From Mobula hypostoma (lineage: Eukaryota): a stretch of DNA of 64,000 nt. Numbering within the stretch: position 1 is the stretch's first letter; each line of letters begins with the position of its first letter. A program made the translations under genes and the position numbers. The notes under the pieces were generated by a model. It saw only the letters and a list, made by a program, of their open reading frames with translations, made no database searches and was not told where the DNA came from. Below are positions 49,551-61,420 of this stretch, piece after piece. Where the stretch lies: positions 147,188,001-147,252,000 of the forward strand of contig NC_086103.1 of assembly GCF_963921235.1 (NCBI RefSeq), read 5' to 3'.

Positions 49551-50067
49551 CGTTACAAATTAATGCCACGGAATAACAGACAGTACACTGCATACGATTA
49601 AAGGAATTATATTTATGAATCTTAACTAAAGGGTTCGTAAAGAATAACAAAAAGAAAAGGGCCTATTCTAATTAAATAGTCAAATGTGCACAAATTGGAG
49701 TTCATCTTGAACTTCTCTGTCATTCACACGCTGGGCCCTCGATCGGCGTAAAACCACACATCACCTTCCGAACATGGCTCACAATCCAACTCAAACTAAC
49801 GGGTTTCCCACCGGATTGTATGCTACCACCGGTTCTCCCCAGCATCAGCTCTCTTCATCTCCTCTCAAAAGAAAGCCCAAAACCAACCTTATTGTCCCTC
49901 ACCAAGAAAAACCTCCCGCTAATTGGATGGCACACATTCCATATCATCCCTTACCTTCAAAAGTAACCCAAACAGGCTGAAAGCAGAACAAACAGCTCTT
50001 ACAGAGCTGCACAAAATGAAATACGTACAGCATAACAGTAAAAAAAAATATGAAGCAGGGCATTACA
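49551..50067 (-). mobile_element. Possible solo LTR
   Basis: On - strand begins TGTAAT and ends TAACG; no clean TSD. Confidence 0.3.
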
Positions 50068-50603
50068 CAGGGTACCTGTGTGTCACAAATATTAAGTCAC
50101 TCTTACTTCCTAGGTCTGACTTTTGTTCAGATCTTATTGCAAGCAGATATAAACTACTTCAAGTATCTGAACAGTCAGAAATGGAAATGAGCTCTTTGTT
50201 GTCATTAGTAGAACTCTATACCTCGAGCCTTGAGATGATGCCACAGCTTGTACCAGTCTGCCCTCCTTATTCTAATTGTATGTTGAAATAAAGATACCAC
50301 GTATATTACCTTATTTGGTCATGGGATGTGAATATTTTTTGGCAATGATGACATTTATTGTTCATTCTTAAAAGCCTTCCAACTGATAAGAGCAAATGGT
50401 ACTGGAGTTACATATAGATCAGACTGGATGAGGGTGGCAGATATTAGTGAATCAGTTGAACTTTAGTAAAAATTCAATAGAAGCCATGCCAGATAATGAA
50501 TAGGTTATGATTTTACACATGTCTTTAAGGCAATTTTGTCCGCAAGTCCAAAAAATACACAAAAACACTCAGTGTGGAATCATATCTCCACAGTATTGTA
50601 ATT

Positions 50604-51383
50604 CAGGGGTCCCCAATCTTTTTTGCACCGTGGACCGGTTTAATATTGACAATATTCTTGCGGACCGGCTGACCGGTGGACGGGGTGGGTGTTCAAGTAG
50701 GGTTAAACTCACCTCAACATGTCTTTTACAATTAGGGTTGCCAGCTTTCTCACTCCCAAATAAGGGACCAAAGTAGCAGTCAAATACGGGACAGTGTTTA
50801 CCGCAAGAAAGACTACCATGACCATGAAGCCTTGCGCGGGCACCTGTGTGCGCATGCGTGACATGTGTATATATGACGTGCGCCTATGCGTACGTGCGGA
50901 TTTTTTTCCCCACAAATCGGTTTTGGCTTAATCTTCCCGACTGTACTGTACATATATTATTTCTACTTTATATAGGCTGTGTATTTATCATATCAATCCT
51001 GCTTTTACTATATGTTAGTGTTATTTTCGGTTTTATGTGTTATTTGGTATGATTTGGTAGGTTATTTTTTGGGTCTGGGAACGCTCAAAAATTTTTCCCA
51101 TATAAATTAATGGTAATTGCTTCTTCGCTTTGCGCCATTTTGGCACGAAAGGTTTAATAGGAATGCTCTATCTTAGCGAGGGAAATATGGGACAAACCAA
51201 TTTAGCCCAATATGTGGGATGTCCCGGCTAATACGGGACAGTTGGCAACCCCATGTTCAAGTTCAACAGTGTGTGACAGGGAATGAGGAAAGGTGTAGCT
51301 GACTCATATCGTTTCCTCACGGCCCGGTAGCACATGCTTTGCAGCCCGGTACCGGTCTGCGGCCCGGTGGTTGGGGACCGCTG
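50604..51383. mobile_element. hAT/Charlie-like non-autonomous element with a nested hAT-type insert (50698-51253)
   Basis: Ends CAGGGGTCCCCAA and TTGGGGACCGCTG; TSD TTGTAATT/TTATAATT; inner TAGGGTT...TGGCAACCCCA flanked by an 8-bp TGTTCAAG duplication. Confidence 0.85.
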
Positions 51384-51499
51384 TTATAATTAATGAATAA
51401 AAAGCATACAAGACTGATTAGGCAAGAATAATTACTGAAAGTGGAGAGAAAGGAAACTAGTTTGTGCACTCATAGAAATAAGCATATTTATTGTGTTGG

Positions 51500-53462
51500 A
51501 CATACTCGTCTCAGCAGCCAGTGTAGATGTACTATTGTGGATTTATCAGCAAATGTGTGGATTATTGTCTACCAAGAGGACTGTATGGCTGTTCCCAGAC
51601 TGATCCAGGAGATCTACTCCCTTCTGAGCTCTAGGATTGCAATGTTCAAATCAAGTGATACTGACTTTGTAAAAGAAATTGAGATACAACCTCTAAAACT
51701 ATCGGAGATGACAAGAAACAATCAACTCCCAGACCAGCCATCAGTTGTGACAGAGCTTACATATGAAAATGTCGGACAGCATTGCTGACAACAGCGCATC
51801 CCTTTCCAATGACCTTGATGCATTTTAAGCATGTTTGAAACAGAAGGGGATTGGTATGTCATCCTGCCATCTTCCAATGGAACTGAACCCGCAGTCACCA
51901 TTGCAGATGTAAGATCAGTCTTCCAGAGGGTGTACCCATGGAAGCAAGTGGCATGGATGGCACCATTGGCCATGTCCTCAGAACCTATGCAGGTCAATTG
52001 GCAGGTGTATTTGTAGACATTTATAACCTCTCCTTGCTTCACTCTGACACTCCTACCGGTTTTAAGGAGACCACTATCATCCTGGTAGCTAAGAAAAACA
52101 AGAAAACATGCCTTGATGACTACTGCCCAGTGGTTCTGACATCTACCAGCATAAAATGCTTTGAGAGGTTGAGCATGGCACGCATTAACTCCAGCCTCCC
52201 AGACAACCTTGACCCACTGCAATTTGCTTTCTGCTGAAATAGGTCCACAGTAGATGCCACCCCCCAGCCATACACTCATTTTTGGAGAGTCTGGACAGTA
52301 AAGACACCTATGTTAAACTATTGTTTATTAACTACAGCTCAGCCTTCAGTAATATAATTCCAAGCAAACTCATCACCAAACTCCAACACCTTCCTCTGCA
52401 ACCTGGATCTTGATTTCCTGACCAACAGACCACAATCAGTAAGAATAGACAGCATACCTCCACCTCAATTATTTTCAACATTAGTGCTCTACGGGGTTGT
52501 GTCCTCAGCTGCCACACTACTCACTACCTGTACTCTCATGACTATGTGGTCAGAGACTGCTCTAACTCCATCTACAAGTTAGATGATACCACTCTAGTGG
52601 GCTGTATCACAAATACAGTGAAATGGAGCACAGGAAGGAAATAGAGAGCTTAGTGACATGGTGTCATGACAACAACCTTTTTCTCGGTATCAGCAAACTA
52701 AAAGAGATGCTCGCTGACTTCAGGAAGAATGCTAGTGTACAGTACCTGCTGAGGTTGAGAGAGTTAAAAGTTTCAAGTGGCTAGGAGTGAACATTACTAA
52801 TCGTCTGTCTTGGTCCAGCCAAGAGATGCTTTAGCTAAGAAAGCTCACCAAAGCCTCTTTCCTCAGAAGACTAAAGAAATTTAGCATGCTCCCATCGACC
52901 CATACCAATATATATTGATGCACCTTAGAAAGCCTCCTATTTGGATGTATACCTGCTTAATATGACAACCGTTGTGCCTGTGACCAGAAGAAACTGCAGA
53001 GAAATGTGGACATAGCTCAACACATCACTGAAACCCACCTCCACTCTGTGGACTCTGCTTATACGTCCTGGTTCCTTCGTGAAGCAGCCAGCATAATCCT
53101 GGACCACACCAACCATGGACATTCTCTCCTCCCCCACGAGTCAGAAGATACAAGATCCTGAAAACATGTACCATCAGGCACAAGGAAAGCTTCTATCCTG
53201 CTATTTAAGCCTATTGAATAGTTCCCTAGTATGATAAGGTGGACTCCAAACCTTGCAGTTTTCCTTATTATGATCTTACACTTGACTCTCTACCTGCACT
53301 GCACTTTTTCAGTAGCTGTTGCATGATATTTTGCATTATTTTATTTTATTGTTTTACCTCGTACTACCTCAAGGCACTATGTAGTGATTGGATCTGTAAG
53401 AATAGTATGCAAGACAAGCTGTGTACCTCAGTACATGTGACATTAATAAACCAATTCTAATT
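51500..53462 (+). mobile_element. Rex1/Babar-like LINE, decayed
   Basis: QLAGVF.DIYNLSL...CLDDYCPV.LTS..IKCFERL...LDPLQFA; AATAAA tail. Confidence 0.8.
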
Positions 53463-55417
53463 CGAATTTTTGAATTTAATATGGGAGCTTGCTTCTATGT
53501 ATGAGTGTCCATAACTGAGTGTCTGTAACCCAGGGATGGCCTGTAATTTCAAGGCATATACTACTGTTTTTTTTAAATTCCAGTTTTTCTTTTAATTACT
53601 TGAATTTAAATTCTCCAGCAGCCAACATGAGATTCCAAATTGTATCTGTGAATTAGCAGCCCAGGACTCTGGCTGTTAGTCCTGTAACTTAAGAGCTACT
53701 GTATTTTATTGTACTTCATAAATCATTTGAAAATGGATTGATGACAGCTCTCGGAAACCTGCAGAAATAGACCCAAATGCATTGTCAATCTGTAATGTGT
53801 TACCGGACAAGACATTGGCGTATTTGAAGGTTGTAGAAGTGGTCAGATCCAGAGATAATTTTCAGTGAAGTCCCGGAGTTGACAATGTGCATTGTTCCTC
53901 TGGATAACATTATGTAATTGCACAGCTGGATGCACAGGAGGATCATAACTTTTGGGGCAACTCACAGAAGGAGAAGAATGAGGAGGATACTGAATGTTGG
54001 AAGGGTGAAATTTAGAAAGCTTAAGGTTGAAATTTAGAAAGATTAAGGATGATCCAAATGTAAACTTTCAGGATATTTTGAGGAATGGAGAGCAGATATA
54101 CAGAAGTCCTTATATTGGATTAAGCCTTGCAGTCCTTCCAGGAATGAAGTTCGGCAATAGTTCTTCATGAAGAAGATGCTAAGAATTTGGAAATCTCTAA
54201 ATCAAACAACAGTTAGTGCTGGGTCAATAGTTAATTTATAAATTGATGTTGATAAACTTTTGACAATGAAAGATATTATGACTTGTGCAGCTACATCTAC
54301 TCTGGTCAGCTACATCCACATTGTCATTGAAGTCATGATATGAGTTCTAATATCTAATCAGATTTATTCTAATGTGACTAAATATAACAAAATTACATTA
54401 AGAAATTTTATGGTCCAACTTGTTTGGCCGATTTGTTTATTGTTCTCAAGAGATTATCTGTTGCAATTTTTCCTTTTTATCTTCAAAAGTGTTTATTACT
54501 TTCCTGAAGTACTTGACAGTAATGGTAACTTAATTATTACAACAGCCCTAAAATGACATCTGTTTTCCTTTCCTAATAGTATATTAAAGGAGTGTATGCA
54601 AATCCTTTTCCAATATTTCAATTAGTTTTCAGAGCACATTCTTCAAGAGAGCCATAAAGATTATAATATCATTCCCTTTTCCCCTATCATTACCACCATA
54701 GCTTCAAAACCTTCATACATTATGATTAAAAATGCTTTGCACTGTGGAAAACACTTTATGATTAGTATATTGTGGCTGTTCTTAGAAGCTACAGATAATA
54801 TGACATGTTGGCCTTCATCTCACAGGAAGCACCATTTAGGCCATGTTTTCATGCTGATTGAGAATTATTATACACACAGTGATATCTTTGAACAAGTAAT
54901 TTTCCTATTACCAGAGTACAGCTGTAGCCCTTCCTGGCATAATGCCATGGTTGATTTTGATTGCTACTAAAATTCTGATATGTCTGGCCACCAGATTAGT
55001 TTGCAAGTGCATTAATGTTAACGCTGACAATAAAATCATTTTGTCTCTCTGTATATTCACAACAGTCATTTATACAATGGGCATGCAATATGAGGAAATT
55101 GTTAACAGGACACATTATTATTCAACAATTTGTGAAGGTATACTGAATATAAAAGAAAAGTGAAGTCATCTGTTACTTGGCAATCTTGCTCGCTCTTTGG
55201 CAGTTGCTGTACTATAAATAGATTAGTCCTAAAATGTCCCTTTGTCCCTTGCATATGAACAGAGACGTTTTTAATGTCCCCCTTATGTTGGGTAGCAAGC
55301 CTCTCAGTGGGAGAACAGTTAGGGCCACATCTCCTTAAGTTTAAAGATAGCTATAGTTAAGGATAAATATGAAGCTTGCAAGAGAGTATTAAATTGGAGC
55401 AGGACAAATTACAAGAG

Positions 55418-55554
55418 TCACAAACAAGAGAAAGTCTGCAGATGCTGGAAATCTAAGCAACACATGCAAAATGCTGGAGGAACTCAGCAAGCCAGGCAGC
55501 AGCTATGGAAAAAAGTACAGTCAACATTTGGGCCAAAACCTTTCGGCAGGACTG
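55418..55554 (-). mobile_element. Penelope-like pLTR terminus ending at hammerhead stem I (decayed)
   Basis: pLTR terminus...cagtcaacatttgggccaaaacctttcggcaggact. Confidence 0.75.
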
Positions 55555-57030
55555 CACTGGTGAGTTAACGGGAAATAAGTGTTTTTGGGTAATTCCCCAC
55601 CTGACGTGGAGGGTGTTTAAAGAGCAGCTGCACTGAGTACAGGACATATACATATACATTCCTGTAAGAAGGAAGGACAAGGATGGCAAGGTAAGGAGCC
55701 CTTGGATGTTGAGAGAGGTGATGGATTTAGTCAGTGAGAAAAAGGAAACACAAATAAGGTTTAGGAAGCTAAAATCAAGCAGAGCCCTTGGAGGATATCA
55801 ATAAGAAAATAAATCAAATTGGGAATTAGAACCAGGAGGAGCCATGAAATGTTCATGGCAAATAAGATTAAAGGTTATCCTCAGGCATTCTATACATACA
55901 TCAAGAGCAAGGATATTGATCAAGAAGAAGGACAAAGAAAATAGTGAGATTAGTGTGGAATATGCTAGTATGTTAGCATATTCTGAGATAAAGAAAGTGG
56001 TCATGCTGGATCTTTTGAAGAATATTAAGGCTGATAAAACCCCAGGGCCTGGTGGAACATACCCGCGGTTATTGAAAGAGGCAAGATAAGAGATTGCTGG
56101 GTCCTTGACCAAGATCTTTGTCTTCTCTCTAGCCACAGGTGAGATCCCAGAGAAATGGTGTGGAGTGAATGTTGTTTCTTTGCTTAAGAAGGGAAATAGG
56201 GATGATCCTGGAAATTCTGGAGGAATGAGTGTCACATGAGTGATAGGGAACAAATTAGAGATGATTCCTATGGGTAGGATTTATGAACATTTGGAAAACC
56301 ATGTTTTAATTAGGGACAATCAGCATGGCAGGTCATGTCTTACTAACTTGATTGAGCTTTTCAAGGAGGTTATCAAGGTGGTCAACTAAGTTAGAGTACT
56401 GGGTACTGTGTATGTGGGTTTAGAAAGGTATTCCATGAGGTCCCTCATGATAGGTTCAACCAGAAGATAAAGATGTACGAGATTCACGGCGACATGGCCA
56501 CTTGGATACAGAATTGGCTTGCCAATAGAAGAGGGAGGTGGTCAAAGGGGCCTGTTCTAGCTGTGACTAGTGGTGTTCCACAGGGGACCTTATAGAGATC
56601 TCTTTTTTTTTGTGATTATATATAAATCACCTGAATGAAAACATAGAAGAGTGGGATAGTAAGTCTGCTGATGACATAAAAGTTTGGTGGCCTTGTGGAT
56701 AATGCAGAAGGTTGCCAAAAGATTCAGCTGTGTAATCAGCAGATCAGGTAGAGAAGTAAAGTTTAATTCAGAAAAGTGTGAGGTGTTACACTTTGAGAGA
56801 TCATATATAAAAGGAAAGTATCCTGTTAATGGCAAGACCCTTAAGTAACAGGGTTGATGTACAGAGGAATATTGGGGTTGAAGAGGAGGTCTTTAAGAGG
56901 TTATTAGGCATATGAATGTGCATAGAGAATGGAGGAATATAGACCATAGGTAGATGGAAGTGATGAGGTGTTATTAGTTTAGTTAGTTTGGTACAACGTT
57001 ATGGGCTTGTGCTGCAGGGTTCTAATATCT
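55555..57030 (+). mobile_element. Decayed CR1 ORF2
   Basis: IKADKTPGP...YPRLLKEA; QHG.SCLTNLIE; similar to 5000-5835. Confidence 0.72.
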
Positions 57031-57743
57031 ATGCGATTTTCCAAGTTTAGAGGATAAGTGGGAGATTGGTGGGTGGAAGTTGGTGTGAGGTTCAGCACAA
57101 TACGGGTTCTTCAGTCCACAGTATTATGCTGACCTATATAAATCAAATTCCATAAGACCATATGACATAGGAGCAGAATTAGGCCATCTGGCCCATCAAG
57201 TCTGCTCTGCCATTCAGTCATGGCTGATCCACTTTTTCTATCTCCTCCTCAACCTCAGTTCCCGACCTTCTCCCCATAACCCTTGATGCCATGTCCAATC
57301 AAGAACGTATCTATCTCTGCCTTACATACACCCAATGACCTGCCCTCCACAGCTGCATGTGGCAACAAAGTTCACAAATTCACCATCCTTTGGCTAAAGA
57401 AATTTCTCCACATCTCTGTTTTGAAAGGGCGCCCCTCTATCCTGAGGCTGTGCCCTCTTGTTCTGGACTCTCCCATCATGGGAAACATCCTTTCCATATC
57501 TACTCTGTCTAGGCCTTTCAACATTCGAAAGGTTTCAATGAGATCCCCCCTCATCCTTCTGAATTCTAGTGAGTACAGACCCAGAGCCATCAAACATTCC
57601 TTGTATGATAACCCTTTCATTCCTGGAATCATCCTTGTGAAACTCCTCTGGACCCTCTCCAATGCCAGCATATCTTTTCTAAGATGAGGGGCGCAAAACT
57701 GTTCACAATATTCAAGGTGAGGCCTCACCAGTGCCTTATAAAG

Positions 57744-58301
57744 TAGGCATCCCACCTCTCCCAGAACTTCCGGGAGTCTCCCGCATATTAATAGTGGCTC
57801 CCTAATGCCCGCAAATCATATACAATATCACGGAAATCAATTTTTTTGAGAGCGAGTGAGAGAAAAGCAAGAGAGAGCGCGCGCGTGCGTGAGCGAGCAA
57901 CGACGAGAGAGAGGGGGAGAGAGAGAGAGAGAGAGGGAGCACGAGTGAGAGCGCGCCATGGCAGAGTGTTCCAAAAAAAATAAAACGTACGTCACCCCAG
58001 ACTACACTAAAGTGTACCCCTACCTAATAGGGGTCAAAATAATGCCAATGTTGCTCGCTGCACTGTTTGCAACAGTGACTTTTCTATTGCCTATGGTGGG
58101 TTACAACTGTAAAAGACATGTTGAGGTGAGTTTAATAGGTGTCATTCAGGTGTCGTTCATTAGCATAGCTAACATTATTTAAACTAGCTGGCCAGCTGCT
58201 AAGGAGCTACTCTATTGCAGACATCCCACCTCTCCCGGAAGTCTTCCGCAAATTGATGGTGCTACCTCCCTGAAATGAGTTTTTGCAGGGTGGGATGTCT
58301 G
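57744..58301 (+). mobile_element. Non-autonomous DNA transposon (hAT-like) retaining a zinc-finger first exon
   Basis: TIR (T/C)AG(G/A)CATCCCACC; ~7-bp duplication TATAAAG/TATGAAG; frameshifted ARCTVCNSDFSIAYGG..CKRHVE|gtgagt. Confidence 0.75.
57847..57953. repeat. (GA)n-rich microsatellite within the DNA transposon
   Basis: Direct reading. Confidence 0.8.
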
Positions 58302-58687
58302 TATGAAGCCTCAGTATCACATCCCCACTATTGTATTCTAGACCTCTTGAAATGAATGCTAACATGGCATTTGCCTTCCTCACCACCGACTCAACCTGCA
58401 AGTTAACCTTCAGGGTGTTCTACACAAGGACTCCCAAGCCCTTCTGCATCTCAGATTTCTGGATTTTCTCCCCATTTGAAAGATAGTCCACACATTTATT
58501 TCTACTATCAAAGTGCATGACTATGCATTTTCCACATTGTATTTCATTTGCCATTTTCTTGCCCATTCTCCTAATCTGTCCAAGTTCTTCTGTATCCTAC
58601 CTGTTTCCTCAACACTACCTGCCCCTCCTCCAATCTTTGTATCATCTGGAAATTTGGCAACAAAGCCACTTATTCCATCATCTAAAT

Positions 58688-59881
58688 CAGGGGTCCCCAA
58701 CCTTTTTTGCACTGCGGACCGGTTTCATATTGACAATATTCTTGCGGACCGGCTGACCCGGGGAGGGGGTGGGGGTAGGGTCGCCAACGGCCAAGAGTAA
58801 CGGTCAAATACGTTGTTTACCCCGAGAGACTACAATGACCATGAAGCCTTGCGCAGGCACCAGTGCGCATACGTGTACGTGCCGATTTTTTTCTACAAGT
58901 CATTTTTGGCGACTCTGTTGGGGGGTGGGGGGTTGTTAATCATGAATAGAATATAGGTGATAAGTGGCTAATACACTCAATTTCATTTCTAAAAGGGTTT
59001 ATCTAACGAATTTAATATTAAACACACAGCGCATATTTTCCTCGCATGAGTATAGCGATAAGTCAATTATCAGGGGAGGACAGGGGAGCTTGAAGTAAGT
59101 GTTGAACGAACTTCCAGTAGAAGTGGTAGAGGCAGGTACGATATTATCATTTAAAGAAAAATTGGATAGGTATATGGACAGGAAAGGAATGGAGGGTTAT
59201 GGGCTGAGTGCAGGTCGGTGGGACTAGGTGAGAATAGCGTTTGGCACGGACTAGAAGGGCCGAGATGGCCTGTTTCTGTGCTGTAATTGTCATGTGATTA
59301 TATAAATAAGTCAATAGCATCATAACATTTTAAGTAACGTTTGGATATTAAACACACAGCACATATTTTCCCCGTATGAACATATAAAATCATTGCAACA
59401 CACCAATATCACTGAATCAGTGGGAGCCCTCAGCTTGTTTCCCTGCAACAACATGGTCCTATCAAGGGGTGATGGAAGACAGCGATACTCGAAGGGGGTT
59501 CTTTATGTCCAGTCTATTACACAATTTGGTTTTCGTTGCATTCATTGCAGAGGTATGTTGGAAATGGAAGCAACGTTTTCAGTGCTTTGGTGGCTATCTC
59601 AGGATATTTAGCCTTGACTTTGATCCAGAATGCCGGCAGAGATGTTATGTCAAACATACTTTTCAGCCCGCCGTCATTTGCAAGCTCGAGGGGTTGATCT
59701 CCTTCCTGCGCTGACAGGGATGACGTGCGGGTAATGACCTCACGTCTGTTCAAGCTCAACAGTGGCCGTGACAGGGAATGAGGAATGGTGCAGCTGACTC
59801 CTATCGTCAAATCATATCATTTCCTCGCGGCATGCTTTGCGGCCCGGTACCAGTCCGTGGCCCGGTGGTTGGGGACCGCTG
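58688..59881. mobile_element. hAT/Charlie-like composite element
   Basis: Same ends as 50604; perfect TSD ATCTAAAT at 58680-58687 and 59882-59889; hAT dimerisation-domain remnant on - strand (FWIKVKAKYPEIATKALKTLLPFPTYLC); internal CR1 piece ~59100-59285. Confidence 0.9.
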
Positions 59882-60529
59882 ATCTAAATCATCTATATAC
59901 AATATAAAAAGAAGTGACCCCAACACTGACCACTGCAGAACACCACTAGTCACTGGCAGCCAACCAGAAAAGGATCCTTTTATTCCCATTCGCTGTCTCC
60001 TACCAATCAGCCGATGTTCTTACCATGTTAGTAACTTTCCTGTAATACCATGGGCTCTTAACTTGGTAAGCAGCCTCATGTGTGGCACCTTGCCAAAGGC
60101 CTTCTGAAAGTCCAAATATACACCATCCACTGCATCCCCTTTATCTATCCTACTTGTAATCTCCTCAAAGAATTCCAACAGGTTCATCAGGCAGGATCTT
60201 CCCTGAAGGAAACCATGCTGACTTTGTACTATCTTGTCCTGTGTCACCAAGTACTCCATCACCTCGTCCTTAACAATTGACTCTAACATCTTCCCAACCA
60301 CTGAGGTCAGGCTAACTGGTCTATAATTTCCATTCTGCTGCCTTCCTCCTTAAAGAGTGGAGTAACGTTTGCAATTTTCCAGTCCTCTGGCACCATACCA
60401 GAGTCCAGTGATTTTTGAAAGATCATTTCTAATGCCACCACAATCTCTAATGCTACCTTGTTCAGATCCCTAGGGTGCAGTTCATCTGGTCCAGGTGACT
60501 TATGTACCTTTAGGTCTTTCAATGCTGAT

Positions 60530-61420
60530 CAATCTAACCCTACCCTCCTATATAGCCCATAACCATCCTTTATTCTTACGTCCATGTATCTACCCAGGAG
60601 TGCTTTTAAAATGTCGCTATTGTATCATTGTCTACCACTACCCCAGTCAGTGTGTTCCAGGCATCCACCACTCTATCAAGTTGTCTTTCATCCTCCATCT
60701 CACTCCAAATAGAGATATCCTCGCTCACTTGGCCTTTCCTCACACAGCATGTTCTCAAATTCAGGCAGCATTCTGCTAAATCTCCTCTGTACCCTCTCTA
60801 AAGCTTCCACACTCCACACCCTATTATGGTGCAACCAGACGTGAACACAATACTCTGTGTGGTTTAACCAGAGTCTTATAGAGCTGCAACATTACCTTGG
60901 GGCTCTTGAACTCAGTCCCCAACTAATGAAGGCCAGCACACTATACGCCTTCATAACCACCCTATCAAATTGTGTGACCATTTTGAGGAATCTATATACT
61001 TGATCTTGGTACACTTTAGAAGATTGAACTTGAAGGCAGAGTACAGGTTAATGGCTGGATTCTTAGCATTTTGGAGGAACAGAGGGACCTTGATGTTAAG
61101 AATCCAGCCATTAACCCTGTACTCTGCCTTTAAGTTCAACCTTCCAAAGTGTATCATTTCATACTTTTCAGATTGAATTCCATCTATCACTTCAGCGCCC
61201 AATACTGCATCTTGTCTATATTCTGCTGTAACCTATGACAATTTCTATACTATCCACAACACCTCCAGTCTTTTTGCCATCTGCAGACTTACAAACCCAC
61301 CGCACTACGTCCTCATCAAAATCATTTATAAAGATCACAAAGAGCAAGGATCCGTCTAGAACACCACCAGTCACCCACCTCCAGGGAGGATACGTTCCAT
61401 CTTCTATCACCCTTTGTCTT
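60530..61420 (-). mobile_element. Decayed CR1 fragment with an internal inverted duplication
   Basis: GSLLFVIFIND.DE....V.K.AD..K.GGVVDS; hairpin 61010-61153. Confidence 0.72.

Larger units (their letters stand above)
57150..60520 (-). mobile_element. CR1 LINE ORF2 3' half interrupted by two DNA transposons
   Basis: KSPGPD; PEDWKIANVTPLFK; SQHGF..GRSCL.NLLEFFE; YLDFQKAF.KVPH; KFPDDTKIGG; LVRPHLEYC. Confidence 0.9.

Noticed and set aside
54001-54048. About 22-bp tandem duplication (AAGG.TGAAATTTAGAAAG.TT)
   Set aside because: Two copies only; ordinary slippage, not an array
53700-55400. Largely unique AT-rich stretch checked for LNX2, the next gene in human synteny
   Set aside because: I could not recognise any PDZ or RING coding exon, and a UTR or enhancer cannot be supported from sequence alone
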